Positions 11,733-21,342 of a DNA stretch of 64,000 bases are shown here, one piece after another. The position numbers were made by a program, and so were the translations under genes. The notes below the pieces were generated by a model. The model was not told the DNA's origin. It saw only the letters and a list, made by a program, of their open reading frames with translations, and did no database searches. This stretch comes from Amoeboaphelidium occidentale (lineage: Eukaryota), in contig JALGPX010000008.1 in the NCBI GenBank assembly GCA_023515795.1, forward strand, positions 1 to 64,000, read 5' to 3'. Within the stretch, counting starts at the first letter, position 1. Each line of letters opens with the position of its first letter.

Positions 11733-12656
11733 TTAGCTAATATCACCCTGACCGATAACAATTTCCTCTCCAGCTTCAAGTGGTCTCTTCGTACGGAAAA
11801 CAATGTACCACATGTTGTCCTTTGGAACCAAAAGAGCTTCAGTGTTGCCTTCTTCAGATGAGATTCTTAAATAACGGAACCAATTTCCTTTGAAACGACC
11901 ATCAACAACTAAATACATAGGTTCGCCGTCTTCACCGATTATTGTAGCCTTGTACTTCCATGCGTCAGTAACATCGTGAAATCTGACCTGAAGAATACCA
12001 GTGTAGTAGCCCAAAACAGACTTATACGGAAGATCAATGCTTGCATACAGAGAATATTGTTCCAACTTAGAATTCCATGCGATGTAGAACCTCTTGTCGT
12101 TAATTGAAGGACGACCAATATATGGGCCAAGCTCGATATTCAAAGAGTCGCATTCGCTCTTATACTGAACATAGTAAGGATCTTCTTCAATATTATACGA
12201 CTCAAAGTAAGGCAACAACTTTGGATCAATTTCAATCTCATCAATCGGCTTTACACGGAAGTATTCCTCAAATTCGTGCATGTAATAACGATCTTGCTTT
12301 GGTGCATCGGTGATCTCGATGCCATTGATTCTATCTTTGGCCTTGCTCATTATTTGCATAACTTTCTGTTGCAGCTTAGCATTCTCTTCTTGTAGCTCTT
12401 CAATTTCAGACACCATATTCTTCAATTGAAGGGCTGTTTCACTTGGTCCTGTCATGTAATCGTAAACCTGAGTTACTCCTTGCTTGATCTCTTCGCCATA
12501 ATTGCCAGCGATTGCGAAAGAGGCTCCGACAGCAAGTGCAACTACGAAACCATGGAGCAACCAAGACTTGCCAACATGGGAGTGACCAGAATCGGTTTGA
12601 TCAATAGAAGTATTCTTCTTCTTCTCAGTTGAAACAGTGGCAGAAGCTTTGGACAT
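11733..12656 (-). CDS. Membrane-anchored protein with coiled coil and degenerate SET domain (paralog B)
   Basis: Same architecture as its neighbour; shared IEIDP, FY/FVxWN, YSL.AS, W.YKA, DGR.KGN and PKDN.WYI.FRT.RP motifs. Confidence 0.7.
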   Translation of the reverse strand: MSKASATVSTEKKKNTSIDQTDSGHSHVGKSWLLHGFVVALAVGASFAIAGNYGEEIKQGVTQVYDYMTGPSETALQLKNMVSEIEELQEENAKLQQKVMQIMSKAKDRINGIEITDAPKQDRYYMHEFEEYFRVKPIDEIEIDPKLLPYFESYNIEEDPYYVQYKSECDSLNIELGPYIGRPSINDKRFYIAWNSKLEQYSLYASIDLPYKSVLGYYTGILQVRFHDVTDAWKYKATIIGEDGEPMYLVVDGRFKGNWFRYLRISSEEGNTEALLVPKDNMWYIVFRTKRPLEAGEEIVIGQGDIS

Positions 12657-13109
12657 TACAATTAAAAAATGGTGATAATCGAAATAGTTTTGTGGCCAAG
12701 GAATAATCCAATCGTCTGTAACGTCTCAGTATTGTTTCAACGAGATTGGCTTGAAAACTCAAACAGGATTGTTGCTCAAGCACAGGCGCGATTGTGGCAC
12801 GTAATTAGACCATTAAAAAGATCGAGCGTAGGAGTATCCGAAGGACGCTATTAAAATTATAGAGGCTGTAAGGACAAGAAGTTTTTTCGTATATAGAACC
12901 AGGATGCAATATCTTGGTACTCAGCCTCCCAACAACATAACCTTCCAGCATTAATAAAATTTTATCACTTTCTTTTAAGCCTTTCAAAGATACTGTTGTT
13001 TGTTTACAGCTGAAGTATATGATCTTGAAATCATTTGGAATGATCCAATCGAGAATCAGCGCATTCCTCATCGGTGTAATTGCCCTAGAATTTCTCTTTG
13101 TAATCTACA

Positions 13110-14133
13110 ATGACTCTTTGCAGACTTCCCGATGAGTTGCTTACGTGTATATTTGAAAAAGTTGGTAAAGAAGACGTGTCTGACTTGTTAGCATTATCAA
13201 GAGTGTCGCATCGTTTCAACTCTGTCGCGATGCCTGTGTTATACAGAGACCCCGAAGTCAATAGGGATCGCCAGTTTCGCAAATTACTACAACTGCTTCA
13301 AGAGAGTAAAGGTCCATGCTCTTTGTACCCGTACCATGAAATGATTAAACGGTTCAAGTTTGGCAATTTCTTATGCCGAAAGCTAAATGACGAAATGGTT
13401 TCAGAATTTGTGGAGCATTGCAAGGAGTCTCTACGTGGATTAACCATCAATTCTTGCAAGTATCTTACAGGTGCCTCTGTCCGGACATTCGCAAACTGCT
13501 CAAAGTTAGAGGAAGTGGCTTTATATGAAGACACGCTACGGCCATCGTTTGATCAAGCATCTCTAANNNNNNNNNNNNNNNNNNNNNATCAATTCTTGCA
13601 AGTATCTTACAGGTGCCTCTGTCCGGACATTTGCAAACTGCTCAAAGTTAGAGGAAGTGGCTTTATATGAAGACACGCTACGGCCATCGTTTGATCAAGC
13701 ATCTCTAACTATATTGTTCACATCATGCAAGAACCTATCAGAGATCACGCTGTTCCACTGCTCATACGTGGATGATGAAACTGTTGATTCTCTTGCTACT
13801 AACTGTAAAGAATTGAGAAAATTGGTACTTATCAATGTCGGACCTCGTTTCACTGATGATGGTGTTAAAATACTGAAACAGAAAGCTACAAGGTTGAGAA
13901 GTATTTTCATCACTAGTAAAACACTATCAGAATCTGAGGATTTGGTGTCAATGGCAAAGAGATGTGAGAAAGTTTACATTTGCGTGAACTTTACTAAACC
14001 TTTAATGCAAGAGTATGGCATGAAAGTGCAGATTCAAAGCAAACTTGTAAAAAACGTCGCGCATGAAGAACTAGAAATCGAAAGAACTGAAATTGCTAGT
14101 CGAAATGTCTCTGATGCTCTATTTAGTTTCTGA
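13110..14133 (+). CDS. F-box/LRR protein (~293 aa after removing the gap duplication)
   Basis: LPDELLTCIF...LSRVSHRFNSVAMPVLY F-box; Cys-containing LRRs; the frame joins after removing a 142-nt duplication. Confidence 0.85.
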
Positions 14134-14169
14134 GACCGTGTCAAAGCATGAACTGTAATAGATTATGGT

Positions 14170-14749
14170 TTAATTCTCGTCGCCTGAGTAATTAGGAGGA
14201 GCTGCTGCTGGTGTTTGTGACGACGTTCCCTCCGTGTAGACCGGCAGCTGTTCCTGGTTTCTTGAAGCAGGTCCTGCGCCGCCGATCCGAAGTGTCTCAG
14301 CGTAAGACAACAAACCATGAAACTCACCAGCCCCACCTTCCACAAAAGTAAGCTTCAAATCCCCAAGCGCTGATAAACCTCCACCAGTAACCGGAACTAC
14401 GAGCCCTTTAACCTCAGCATATGAAAAGAATGACGCATCCTTAAGGACAACTTCTTTCAGATTACCCAAAGGAATATCAATGTTCTTCAAGTGAAATTGT
14501 GGTGGAGTCACTATGTAAACGACCCTCATATTAGTCAGAATAAGTGTGCCCTTATCAGCATAATACGTTGCACCTACACCTGGATATCCTCTAAAATGTA
14601 ACAAGATCAGAGATATCCACAGAGATATGATCGACATACCCTCCTGTTTCAAGATACAGCCTCACACCTTTACTAGTACAAAAGATCTTTTCACCTTCGT
14701 ACAGGGAAATGGAATTGTCAGAGGTCAGTATCGCAGCGTTAAGGGCCAT
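14170..14749 (-). CDS. WBP2-like PH-GRAM protein with PY motifs
   Basis: MALNAA start; GTLILTNMRVVY and LKLTFVEGGAGEF motifs; C-terminal LPVY and PPNY; intron 14591-14639. Confidence 0.85.
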
Positions 14750-14809
14750 CAATGTCACTTAGATAAATGAAATCATCTCAAATTCGATAGAATTTATTTA
14801 GTTCACATT

Positions 14810-15211
14810 TTATGCAGCTACCTTCTTTGCAGCGGTTCCTAATAATGATCAGACAAGATAATAGTAAAACTAACCCTCGCGGAATCCATTCTTGAATCTT
14901 CTAGCTACGCTGCGTAAATGTTGTGTGCGTCCAGTTCCAGTCGTCTTCCTGCGCTGTGCCTTAGTTCCCCAGTTAAAGTGACGAATCTTTGATGAAGGAT
15001 AACCACAGCTTGAACAGGTTTTCTTCTGAATGTGAAATGAACGGCTTCCACAACGTTTGCAAATCGTGTGTGACTTTGTGTGGCGTTTACCGAAACTCTG
15101 AGTTCCCTTGGTCTAGACACGTTAGCAATCCGCCCATAACACGTCCTATGCACAGCTGAATGGCGCTCAGCATAGAACGATTTCTTTTAATTGTAATAAT
15201 AATCCTACCAT
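14810..15211 (-). CDS. RPL37: 60S ribosomal protein eL37 (not in the ORF track)
   Basis: ATG-only exon 1 (15211-15209), intron 15113-15208, then [22 protein letters not shown]...CSSCGYP...RRKTTGTGR...[10 protein letters not shown], intron 14839-14874, TAA at 14812-14810. Confidence 0.97.
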
Positions 15212-15281
15212 CTCTTTGCTATCGAAAAAAAATTTTGCGTTGAAAGATCGGCACAGTTTTTCGGTCGCTCTCAAAGAAGTG

Positions 15282-15799
15282 ATGTTTGGCTTTGGGCGCT
15301 ACGATACTCAGCCGAATTGCGGGTGTTTTAGTGCGTTACCAGAGGAACCAAAGGGTCATAATTCAGAGTATTTTGAGGATATCAGCGGTAGTTTGGCTGT
15401 GCATGTGAAAACAGAAGAATTGAAGACGCGCTTTTCCTGGCTTGTCAAGCTTAGGAAAGCATTACCACAGAATGCGTATGTCGAAGCAGAGTTTCCGGAT
15501 ATTGAAGACAAAAGCCAGCCTTATAAAACGCCTGTTTCTAAATTAATAGGAAACCCTGAGAAGTACGAACTGTTTCATCTTCATTCTAATAATTTCGTAG
15601 CGAGGAACGATACTTTGCAGTATCACAAGAGGTTCCTGTAAGATGTGGGATTTACAATGTAAAAATGGTTGTTTACGAAGATGCCACCAGACAGAAAGTT
15701 ATCTCTATCCATCGCAGTGAAATACTGTCTCGCATTGACTCATCTAATTGTCAAATGGAGCAGTTCCGTGCAATGCTCAGCAAGATCAACAAAGAATAG
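15282..15799 (+). CDS. Hypothetical protein, predicted beta-sandwich
   Basis: Removing intron 15563-15600 (gtacga..ctaat..gtag) extends the ORF to ...RCGIYNVKMVVYEDATRQKVISIHRSEILSRIDSS...KINKE*. Confidence 0.6.
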
Positions 15800-15884
15800 A
15801 TTAATTTTAGTGTTTTTAAGGGGTTTACAAGCAGGTCTGGGCTCTTATAGACTTTAAACCTCGCTGATATCTTTTAACAATACG

Positions 15885-16641
15885 ATGATCAGCATTACAA
15901 CACGTCGATTCTTGCATCCCTCTATTAAAACTCTCAAATATAAAAAGAGCTTCAACCCCGCTATTCTTCCGGAACCTTCTGCTCTTAGCAAATCACTGGA
16001 ATGGCTCAAGATACGCCCTGATCCTTCGATTACACAAAAGACCGTGACTACACAACTATGCGATGGATCCGTGTACCATAAGATTGTCGAAAAGAAGCCT
16101 CTATACGCGTATGTTGACCCTGAGAAAGTATCACCTGAAGCACTCGAGAAGGTGCTACCTCCGGTGGCTGAGGATCATTTGCACGGAAAGTACGGCGTTC
16201 GTGATTTAAGTCAAGAGGAGATTAAGGACATCAAAAGGCTAAGAAAGGAAGACCACACGAAATGGACAGTGAAGGNNNNNNNNNNNNNNNNNNNNNGAGA
16301 AGGTGCTACCTCCGGTGGCTGAGGATCATTTGCACGGAAAGTACGGCGTGCGTGATTTAAGTCAAGAGGAGATTAAGGACATCAAAAGGCTAAGAAAGGA
16401 AGACCACACGAAATGGACAGTGAAGGCGCTAGCTGAACAATTCAAATGCTCAAAATCTCAAATAGTCGCACTGACAAAGTTACCCGTGAGGAAATCAAAG
16501 AACAGAGCATGGCGTTGGTGGTATCGTAAGCGATATGCTTCAGCACAGGTTGACTATTTCGCAAATGAAATGCAGGAATGGGCACAGAAGAATAGGAGCT
16601 ATCTGAAGACAAAGAAGGCCAAGCTATTAGTGGCAGCATAG
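15885..16641 (+). CDS. MRPL20: Mitochondrial ribosomal protein mL58 (MrpL20-like)
   Basis: Presequence-like N-terminus; LSQEEIKDIKRLRKEDHTKWTVKALAEQFKCS motif; 151-nt gap duplication. Confidence 0.75.
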
Positions 16642-16659
16642 GAATAAATGGTTGTCTAT

Positions 16660-17008
16660 TTACTGTTTTGGTTCCTTCTTGGCCACCACAACTGCTGATG
16701 TTTCCTGAGGTGTAGTCAACTTCTTCCAGACACCAGGGAGAGGTATTGCGTCAGGTGCAAATGACTGTTTACATTCCTGATAAGAGTAGCCTTTTAAAAA
16801 TTAGAGCTAAGTCCTATTGAGTGTCTTTACCAGCTGCGAAACCAACGCTCAAAGGAATGGGCCAAAAGCGCCGCCTGAACAGCACAACTGAGGCAACAAT
16901 GCCAGTGGCCAGGCCGAATCCAGAATTAACCAAAAGATTTGCAGTGCACTTTTCCCATTTCTGTGGAATAATTTCCTCGGCTCTAATCTGTTCACTGTCT
17001 GAAGTCAT
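16660..17008 (-). CDS. MIC10: MICOS subunit Mic10
   Basis: KWEKC...GFGLATGIVASVVLFRRRFWPI...GFAAG-YSYQEC; intron 16791-16830. Confidence 0.9.
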
Positions 17009-17374
17009 ACAATGAAAGAGATTCGGCTTTGGGGATGATAGATCTCTGATAAAACATTTAGAGCTGTTAAGTTCAGAAGTATACTAGCATTTGCGTCAGT
17101 TGATCATGTATCGTATTAAGCCTCGTGCCTTAGATCTTGGCATATCACGCTTTGACACAAGAACTTTGAGCGTTGAGTTGATCATGCTATATCACTACTA
17201 AAAACTGTACTCCAACTCTAATAGTCAATCCCTGTTACCTTGTTTCTGGAAACCAGTAAAGGCAGGTTGTGCTGATACGTGGGAAGTATGGTTGCCGCAA
17301 ACCTTATTTGATAATCGATTTCGTATCAGATTGCTCTTTACGGAGCACAATTCTCCCATTTCCCTTGTCTGTGC

Positions 17375-18721
17375 ATGCCTGTCGCATTGGAGCAACCATC
17401 TTCTATTTCTACTCTCGATAATTTGAAGGACAAAGAGTCTTCGCATCGCTCTGATAGTCCATTTGATCATGGCCGAAGTACAACATCCACTTTGGTTCTG
17501 ACATCATCCCCTACTGCTGCCAATAGCCTTCGATGCAATGTTGACTACTTTTCATTTGAATGGGATGAATTAGATCTCAAGAGCTCATGGTCTCTAATGA
17601 CAAAGCGGAAGAAGACACATACGGATGGCTTACGGCTGGAAAACGCTTCATGGCGCAAGTGGTGGCAGAAGAGGCTGAACCTCCCCAGAATCCCACCTGA
17701 AAAGCTCCGATGGAAGAAGGATGAGGATATTACTTGGCTATATGGTCCATTTGTTAAGGCACCAGTCGATGTTTCACTGCTTGAACCTCAGAGTTTGTCA
17801 TCGAGCGTTAACTTTGGGCACCCTGCTAAGCATTCTATTGGCGGAATATCAAGAATGCGCTTTGAACATCAGAACTCTGCTACGATACCCTCCAGATCGT
17901 TCAACAGTGGTTCCAGTTACGGTGGTCGCAGCGCTCAAAAGCCTGTGCTGAAGAAAGCATCAGCGAAAGCATTGCGAATGGAACTGATGCGATTTAGTGA
18001 TGAAGCAGAGAGGCGGATATCAAAAAAGTTTTCAGCGCGTTCGCCTGTAACACAGTCTCAATCTGCTCCTATAACTATTTCAAACTCTAAATCAGATCCT
18101 TTGCTTGCGAAAGGGCATTCCGTTTCATACTTGGACCAAAAAGAAATAATTCTATTGAATTACTCTAATGAAGGTCCTTTCTTGAATCCCGCTGTTACTA
18201 AAGATCGGCCGGGAAGTATTTCTGAAGAGGTTGCATCTGGGGCAGTATCAACTCATTCCTCTAATGAAGGATTCCTAGAGAGTTCTGCTTCGTCGTCCGA
18301 GTTTGTGGACCAGCAATTAAACTCAAAGTCATCGCGAGGGAAACTGAGATTTAGTTCTGAGGTTGAAGTTTTGGAGTATGAAAGCACAGAAGGAAGAAGA
18401 AGGTCTGTCGCCGCTCGAAGAAAAAAGAAGGCTCCATTTAAGGATAATGCGGACTCAGTGAACATGGATTCCCTGTCAGCAGAAATATCAAATGTCTACA
18501 GAAATGATCGTGGGGCTATATTGTTACCCGCTCCAGATTCTGGTTATGCGCCTGTATCCTTGGAAGCTGCTCATACAATTGAAACTTTAAGTCCTGAAGC
18601 TTCTTCGACAGGATCACAAGCGCCACCAAATTCTCCTGGATGGATTCAAACAGTCATGGAGGCCGCTAATTGGTTCTTTCCATCCTCTCCAGATAATGGT
18701 CGCAGTGCAGAAAGTAACTAA
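17375..18721 (+). CDS. DUF1752-domain PP1 regulatory protein (Reg1-like)
   Basis: VDYFSFEW...RLENASWRKW...WKKDEDITWLYGP; PVLKK; RVxF-like KLRF motif. Confidence 0.8.
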   Translation: MPVALEQPSSISTLDNLKDKESSHRSDSPFDHGRSTTSTLVLTSSPTAANSLRCNVDYFSFEWDELDLKSSWSLMTKRKKTHTDGLRLENASWRKWWQKRLNLPRIPPEKLRWKKDEDITWLYGPFVKAPVDVSLLEPQSLSSSVNFGHPAKHSIGGISRMRFEHQNSATIPSRSFNSGSSYGGRSAQKPVLKKASAKALRMELMRFSDEAERRISKKFSARSPVTQSQSAPITISNSKSDPLLAKGHSVSYLDQKEIILLNYSNEGPFLNPAVTKDRPGSISEEVASGAVSTHSSNEGFLESSASSSEFVDQQLNSKSSRGKLRFSSEVEVLEYESTEGRRRSVAARRKKKAPFKDNADSVNMDSLSAEISNVYRNDRGAILLPAPDSGYAPVSLEAAHTIETLSPEASSTGSQAPPNSPGWIQTVMEAANWFFPSSPDNGRSAESN

Positions 18722-18782
18722 GAAGTATCCATTTTTGGTTATCTCGCAGTCAATAGATATTTTCACAATTTTGAGAAATCTA

Positions 18783-20348
18783 TTACCGCTGAACAAAAGG
18801 AAACAATTTGAATTTTCGGTCTTTCTTAACTGGCGGCTCTAAAAGAACTTCTCTATCCTCGGCTTTGAATTGAGCTGCTTCTGCCGCTGCTTCAGTAGGG
18901 AAATTATTTCTAAAGAATTGTGTGTATTTGTACTTGTAAATCCATGCGGATCCAAACTCTATCCGACCTTGCAAAGCAGCAATCCTGTAATAGCTGGCTC
19001 CTAGAAACTTGTCTTTTTCAGTGCCTTCTCCGTGAGTATGACAATAAGCTAAATCCATTAATGCATCCAAGTCGCCTAAATCTGCAGCAAGCTTATAATA
19101 ATATACTGCGACAGACTTTTGAACGTTTGTTCCCCAACCAAGCCGATAAGAATTGCCCAGTTCGTAAAGCGACATTGACATTTCTTGTTTGGCTATTTCG
19201 GCTTTCAGGCGAACATCTGGTGGTAGTTCTGCCAAGTTTTTCGCATCCTCTGGACTTCCAGAAAACCCTCTGATTTGGCGCAAAGATCCTGCTGCCATAT
19301 CAGCAGCATGTTCAAAACACGATAAAGCTAACTGAGGATCTGCTTTACATCCCCAACCATGGCGCAGACATAATGCGACAAGAAATAATGCTATAGGTAC
19401 TTTTTCCTGAGCAACTTTCAGATAAATCCTAAACGCTTCCTTCAACTTCAGTTCCTGATGATATTCAATTGCTTGTTGAATGTTATTATGTACCACTGGA
19501 GTATACATTGTTGACTTGAGAGCCAGTGACTTATTAGCCTTAATTAATGCAATGTGATCGTCAGGCAATGGAGGAACTTGAATAGGCATATCGATTTTAG
19601 ACTTGGATTTTCCAGTCTTTGAACTCTCAGCCAACGATTTTGAAGAGTGTTTCTCTTGGCTTAACTTAACTTCAGACCGCGATTTCGCAATCTTGATGTT
19701 ATCGTAGCTGCTCGCATTCATCAAAGGATTGTCGTTTAGTAGTGTCGGATGTGCCTCGTAAGACAAGAACTCATAGTCATCCGGAAATCCACTCTTCTTT
19801 GGAAATGATAAGTAACCGGTGGTATTCAACACTTGAAGAGCTTCCATTTGCAGAATCGCCGCTGAGGAAGTCGATGGAGTCAATGCTCCATCTGCACCGA
19901 CACCTCTGCCAGCTGGAGTGTATTTTTTGATGTGCGGCGACTCCGCTTTATCATCCTCATCTGTAGGCTCCTGTACTACCAAATTAAACCCGCTTGCACT
20001 CTTTGACTTCGTGATATTCTGCAAGCTCTTTGTTCTTGTTGGTGGTGATACTTGTGCTGAGGCAACACCCTCTTTATCAGAGCCTAAGCGTGCGATAGAA
20101 CGTTCTCGTATTAAGTTTCCTCTGCTTATGTCCTCTGATTTTGTCGCTTTGGTGCTGTTTGTGGGTTTATCTCCCGAATCCTTGGCGTCCATATCATCAG
20201 CAATCTGTTTCAACATTGGCAAAGGAGAAGCATTCTTTGTCTCATATGATCCGATTACTTCCTTAGATGTGGACTTTGGGATCTGCGCTCCTCGACTATT
20301 AGAGGTCTTTTTCCCTAAAGTTTTCAGTCTGTCAAACAGCGAGTTCAT
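18783..20348 (-). CDS. Sel1-repeat protein (Dsf2/Nif1-like)
   Basis: LCLRHGWG, YELGNSYRLGWG, AADLGDLDA, GEGTEKDK and WIYKYKY motifs; first ATG at 20348. Confidence 0.8.
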   Translation of the reverse strand: MNSLFDRLKTLGKKTSNSRGAQIPKSTSKEVIGSYETKNASPLPMLKQIADDMDAKDSGDKPTNSTKATKSEDISRGNLIRERSIARLGSDKEGVASAQVSPPTRTKSLQNITKSKSASGFNLVVQEPTDEDDKAESPHIKKYTPAGRGVGADGALTPSTSSAAILQMEALQVLNTTGYLSFPKKSGFPDDYEFLSYEAHPTLLNDNPLMNASSYDNIKIAKSRSEVKLSQEKHSSKSLAESSKTGKSKSKIDMPIQVPPLPDDHIALIKANKSLALKSTMYTPVVHNNIQQAIEYHQELKLKEAFRIYLKVAQEKVPIALFLVALCLRHGWGCKADPQLALSCFEHAADMAAGSLRQIRGFSGSPEDAKNLAELPPDVRLKAEIAKQEMSMSLYELGNSYRLGWGTNVQKSVAVYYYKLAADLGDLDALMDLAYCHTHGEGTEKDKFLGASYYRIAALQGRIEFGSAWIYKYKYTQFFRNNFPTEAAAEAAQFKAEDREVLLEPPVKKDRKFKLFPFVQR

Positions 20349-20387
20349 CTTTATAAAAATAGATTTGAGGACTTTAATCATTTTATT

Positions 20388-21251
20388 TTAGCGACTTAGC
20401 ACAGCATCAGTCCATTCAGTGGAATCATTATCAACCTTCTTTCGCCCTTCCAGCAATTGTCGCACTGTTAAAGATAGACGGCGATGGTTCTGGTCTCGGT
20501 AGAAACGTGTGCCATCAGGTAAGATAATCCACTTGGCCTTCTTCGGAATATGATGCAGAAATCCGTGCCGCGCCTCTCCTTTCATTAGAACCATGGAACC
20601 TGGTTCCAGTAGAATCTTGACTTGCTGATCATCGCTTGTTCTGGTGAGGGTCATGTAAACAGGCGTTACCAATGAGATCATAACTAAAACATGACCAAAA
20701 GCCATCGGATCGTCCAGGTGGTGCGCTATTCCGGATGTTCCGACGTATTCATTTACAAGGATTTGATCAGCAACTTCATCGACAAAGATTCCTGGCGAAG
20801 TTGCTGCATAAGAACGTTCTTTGCCCTGATAAACATAGCTGCCAGCTTCAGTAGCTGGAATTACATTGCGATACTTTTCAGCCTCGTCAGTGTCCAGTCT
20901 AGAGTCGAGCTTATCGAGCAACCATCGAAATGTTTGTAAAGGCAAAGATTCCTTCTTTTCCGTTGGCTGTATTGCAGTTAAATCGTGTGTTGTGTGGTAA
21001 TAAACTTCGCCCCAGAATTGTTGTCGCCGTGATATCACATGTTCGAAGGGGTGGGCATCAACTGTAGCGATTGCTCTTTCTTGTTCTTCTTTTGACAGAA
21101 AGTCCGGAATGTAAGTGAGTCCGTCTATTGGGAAAAGATCATCCCGGGATGCATAAAGACGATAGCCGCCCGGCATCTCCACAGATTTCCAGTCGATTTC
21201 TGGTGGTTCGTGAGATTTTCGCTTGATGGTCTTGGAGCCTTCGAGAGTCAT
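20388..21251 (-). CDS. AlkB-family 2OG-Fe(II) dioxygenase
   Basis: GLTYIPDFLS, RRQQFWG, ILVNEY..GIAHHLD (HxD), LEPGS...H and RRLSLTVR motifs. Confidence 0.85.
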   Translation of the reverse strand: MTLEGSKTIKRKSHEPPEIDWKSVEMPGGYRLYASRDDLFPIDGLTYIPDFLSKEEQERAIATVDAHPFEHVISRRQQFWGEVYYHTTHDLTAIQPTEKKESLPLQTFRWLLDKLDSRLDTDEAEKYRNVIPATEAGSYVYQGKERSYAATSPGIFVDEVADQILVNEYVGTSGIAHHLDDPMAFGHVLVMISLVTPVYMTLTRTSDDQQVKILLEPGSMVLMKGEARHGFLHHIPKKAKWIILPDGTRFYRDQNHRRLSLTVRQLLEGRKKVDNDSTEWTDAVLSR

Positions 21252-21342
21252 ATTTTGAAAAAAATTTGGATCCAAGGTACGTCTATTGTAAGAAAGCTAC
21301 CATTGTCGGACATCTATTGAAGGCCTCCTTGCGAATAATCAT

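Noticed and set aside
14905..15153. 82-aa ORF in the track
   Set aside because: It is an off-frame reading of RPL37 exon 2.
15638..15680. Apparent GTAAGA...AAG intron ending the gene at TGA 15720
   Set aside because: The single intron 15563-15600 gives a longer, more protein-like uninterrupted frame through this region.
19918..20391. Long antisense ORFs overlapping genes (also 30491-30967, 37149-37538 and others)
   Set aside because: They are shadow ORFs opposite well-supported genes, mostly with non-ATG starts and no motifs.
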